The notes under the pieces were generated by a model, which worked only from the letters and a program-made list of their open reading frames with translations, had not been told where the DNA came from and searched no databases. This document shows, in pieces, positions 61,555 to 64,000 of a stretch of DNA of 64,000 bases. The stretch lies in NCBI GenBank assembly GCA_016188865.1, contig JACPGX010000005.1:114081-178080 (forward strand), written 5' to 3'. Each line of letters opens with the position of its first letter. The first letter of the stretch is position 1. The DNA comes from Candidatus Nealsonbacteria bacterium (GTDB taxonomy: Bacteria > Patescibacteriota > Minisyncoccia > Minisyncoccales > MHMH01). Made by a program: the position numbers and the translations under genes.

Positions 61555-61612
61555 CGCCGTCCCGGTTCCCCCTCCAAGCTCGTCAGTTCGAATCTGGCGA
61601 GTTCTTGTTTTT

Positions 61613-64000
61613 TTATTCCTCCACGATTTCTTCTATGGTGTTGCAGATGATTTTTGGGACATTGTCGCGCATATCAACTTTGCCGGAAACAAAGACGATT
61701 TTGTTTTCCTGAAATACAGCAGGATAATTTTCTAAAGTTGACGGGAATACGACTAACTCGATGCGGCTGGCTTCATCTTCCAAATTAACAAAAAGCATAG
61801 GCTGGCCTTTTTTGGTGATAATTTTTTTAATAGTGGAAATAATGCCGCCTATTCTGACCACTCTTCCTGCCAAGTCTTGGGAAACATCAATGATTGGCAG
61901 GCATTTTTGTTCAAAAAGTTTTCTATAATTTCTAAGAGGATGCCCGGAGACGTAAAGTCCGAGCAGTTCTTTTTCCCATTTTAGTTTTTCTAATTCCAGC
62001 GAGGGAGCTGCCGCCAGCAGTTTTATCCCGCGTATGGTTTGAGGAGCCGAGTCAAATAAACCCTTTTGGCCGTTTGTTTTATTTTTCTGCGACTGTCTGG
62101 CGTGCTCTAAAAGTGTTTCCATATTTTGTAAAAGCTGGTTTCTTTCAGCTAACTTATCGAAAGCTCCGGCTTTGATTAAGCTTTCCAGCGATTTTTTATT
62201 TAAATCTTTAGAATTAACCCTGGAAACAAAGTTATCAATAGAAAGGTATGCCCCTCCAGTTTTTCTTTCCGTTAAAATAGCTTCCACGACTTTTTCGCCA
62301 ACATTTTTAATAGCCAAAAGTCCGAACCTTATTTGGTTTTTTTGCGGCACTACGCTGAAATTCATAAAGCTTTCATTGATATCCGGAGGCAAAACTTCAA
62401 TTTTCATTTTTTTGCACTCTTCTATCAAGACGGCAATTCTTTCGATATCAGCTTTTTCTGAAGTTAAAACAGCTGACATAAATTCAACAGGATAATGTGT
62501 TTTTAGCCAAGCGGTCTGGTAGGCAATAGTGGCGTAAGAAGCGGAGTGCGACCTGTTGAAACCATAATGAGCGAATGGCAAAATCCATTCCCAAATTTCC
62601 TCGGCGATTGCCTTATCAATGCCATTCTTAATCATTCCTTGAATCAGTTTTTCTTTTTGGGCCATCAATAAAGATTCTATTTTTTTACCCACAGCTTTCC
62701 TTAAGAAATCCGCTTCTCCCATAGTAAAGCCGGCCATATCTCTGGCAATTTGCATGAGCTGCTCCTGATATATGCAAATGCCTTGCGTTTTTTCCAGAAT
62801 CGGCTTTAACTTTGGATGCAAATATTCAATTTTTTCCTTGCCGTGTTTTCTGGCGATATAGTCGGGTATAAATTCCATGGGCCCCGGCCTGTATAAAGCA
62901 ACCATAGCAATAATGTCTTCAAACTCCGTGGGTTTTAATTGTTTTAAATACCTTTGCATTCCTCCGGATTCTAACTGGAAAACCGATACCGTATCGCCGC
63001 GCTGTAAAATTTTGTAAACCTCCTTATCGTCCATGGGAAGATGTTCTATGTCAATTGATTTATTATGAACTTTATAGATTCGCGCTAAAGTATCTTCGAT
63101 AATCGTTAAATTTTTTAATCCTAGAAAATCCATTTTTAAAAGACCAAGATCTTCGATGGCGTGCATTTCATATTGAGTAACGATAGCTTTGTCGTCCTGT
63201 GTGGGGTGCTGCAGGGGCACAATATTCTCCAAAGGTTCTTTTGAAATAACTACTCCGCAGGCATGAGTGGAGGCATGGCGGGCAACGCCTTCCAGTTTTT
63301 TTGCCAAATCAATCAATTTTTGCGCTTGCGCATCAGATTCGTATAATGCGCGGAATTCGGTAATTTGGCCGATGGTTTGATCCAAAGTAAAACCAAAGGG
63401 GATCATTTTGGCCATTTGGTCGCAGTAGCTGTAGGTATAGCCAAGAGCTCTTCCGACATCTCTGATAACAGCTCTGGCAGCCATAGTCCCGAAAGTGATT
63501 ATTTGAGCAACTTTATCTCTGCCGTATTTTTGGGCAACATACTCTATAACTTCGTTTCTTCTCCTGTCGGCGAAATCAAGGTCAATATCGGGAAGGCCGG
63601 CTGCCCTTTCGGGATTTAAAAATCTTTCAAACAAAAGATCGTATTTTAAAGGGTCAACGTTGGTAATATTTAAAACATAAGAAACGAGGGAGCCCGCGGC
63701 CGAGCCCCTGCCCGGGCCAACAACGATCCTGTTTTCTTTTGCCCAATTGACAAAATCCTGAACAATTAAAAAATAAGGAGCAAAGCCGGTTTGTTTTATT
63801 ATTTGGAGTTCGTATTCCAGCCGTTTCATAATTCCTTCAGTCGGTTTTGGATATTTATTTTCCAATCTTTGCAAGCAAAGATTCTTGATATAATCGTCCG
63901 GTGTTTTGTTTTCGGGCAAATCGAAAGAGGGGAGCTTGGCTTTTCCTAATTCAAAACCAAAATTGCACATTTCTTTTATTTTTTGAGTGTTTTCGATGGC
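61613..64000 (-). CDS. dnaE: DNA polymerase III alpha subunit (5' truncated by window edge)
   Basis: GPGRGSAAGS, PDIDLD, HACGVVI, KMDFLGL, YGFNRSH. Confidence 0.98.
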   Translation of the reverse strand, partial: AIENTQKIKEMCNFGFELGKAKLPSFDLPENKTPDDYIKNLCLQRLENKYPKPTEGIMKRLEYELQIIKQTGFAPYFLIVQDFVNWAKENRIVVGPGRGSAAGSLVSYVLNITNVDPLKYDLLFERFLNPERAAGLPDIDLDFADRRRNEVIEYVAQKYGRDKVAQIITFGTMAARAVIRDVGRALGYTYSYCDQMAKMIPFGFTLDQTIGQITEFRALYESDAQAQKLIDLAKKLEGVARHASTHACGVVISKEPLENIVPLQHPTQDDKAIVTQYEMHAIEDLGLLKMDFLGLKNLTIIEDTLARIYKVHNKSIDIEHLPMDDKEVYKILQRGDTVSVFQLESGGMQRYLKQLKPTEFEDIIAMVALYRPGPMEFIPDYIARKHGKEKIEYLHPKLKPILEKTQGICIYQEQLMQIARDMAGFTMGEADFLRKAVGKKIESLLMAQKEKLIQGMIKNGIDKAIAEEIWEWILPFAHYGFNRSHSASYATIAYQTAWLKTHYPVEFMSAVLTSEKADIERIAVLIEECKKMKIEVLPPDINESFMNFSVVPQKNQIRFGLLAIKNVGEKVVEAILTERKTGGAYLSIDNFVSRVNSKDLNKKSLESLIKAGAFDKLAERNQLLQNMETLLEHARQSQKNKTNGQKGLFDSAPQTIRGIKLLAAAPSLELEKLKWEKELLGLYVSGHPLRNYRKLFEQKCLPIIDVSQDLAGRVVRIGGIISTIKKIITKKGQPMLFVNLEDEASRIELVVFPSTLENYPAVFQENKIVFVSGKVDMRDNVPKIICNTIEEIVEE

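Noticed and set aside
981-63619. Numerous 60-160 aa ORFs antisense or out of frame within long genes
   Set aside because: Fully overlap well-supported housekeeping genes and show no motifs.
1-64000. CRISPR array or cas genes
   Set aside because: No run of equal repeats with unique equal-length spacers; the palindromes are dispersed or flank transposases; no Cas-like ORF.
1-64000. Alternative genetic code (UGA=Gly or Trp)
   Set aside because: Conserved genes are full length under code 11 and several end at TGA (clp, rmuC, mreB, pyrF).

Overview
Low-GC bacterial chromosomal segment, standard genetic code. Gene content and style (short PheT, divergent MurF, rplK not followed by rplA, many apparently leaderless genes) suggest a Patescibacteria/Parcubacteria (CPR) genome; this taxonomy is inference. 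Most of the window is housekeeping: clp, mraZ-rsmH-ftsL-ftsI-murF, recR-dnaB-cysS/dnaX, murJ, frr, rseP, proS, mreB, gatCAB, pheST, gyrB, secE-nusG-rplK, miaAB, thrS, dnaE, five tRNAs, rnpB, and an unexpectedly rich set of nucleotide genes (pyrB, pyrE, pyrF, purA, purP-like, dCMP deaminase, dut, tmk, thyA). The main signal is a DNA-palindrome system. Three stand-alone REP-associated tyrosine (HUH/Y1) transposase genes are each bracketed by their own hairpin, and two also carry that hairpin inside the ORF. More than 25 short palindromes with 3-nt loops (mostly containing CG) occur across the window: in frame inside unrelated essential genes (same DNA encoding KLTRTVLV in both MiaA and ThrRS; a 27-mer shared by PheT and a glycoside hydrolase), as doublets whose four arms change in concert, and at the breakpoints of a mobile-element graveyard at 19.9-22.6 kb. 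Other oddities are an intact tRNA-Asp nested inside a fragmented second tRNA-Asp, and a promoter-driven ~1 kb array of small ORFs and RNA hairpins (60.6-61.6 kb) containing a zinc-ribbon ORF with an in-frame UGA at a Cys position followed by a SECIS-like stem-loop.
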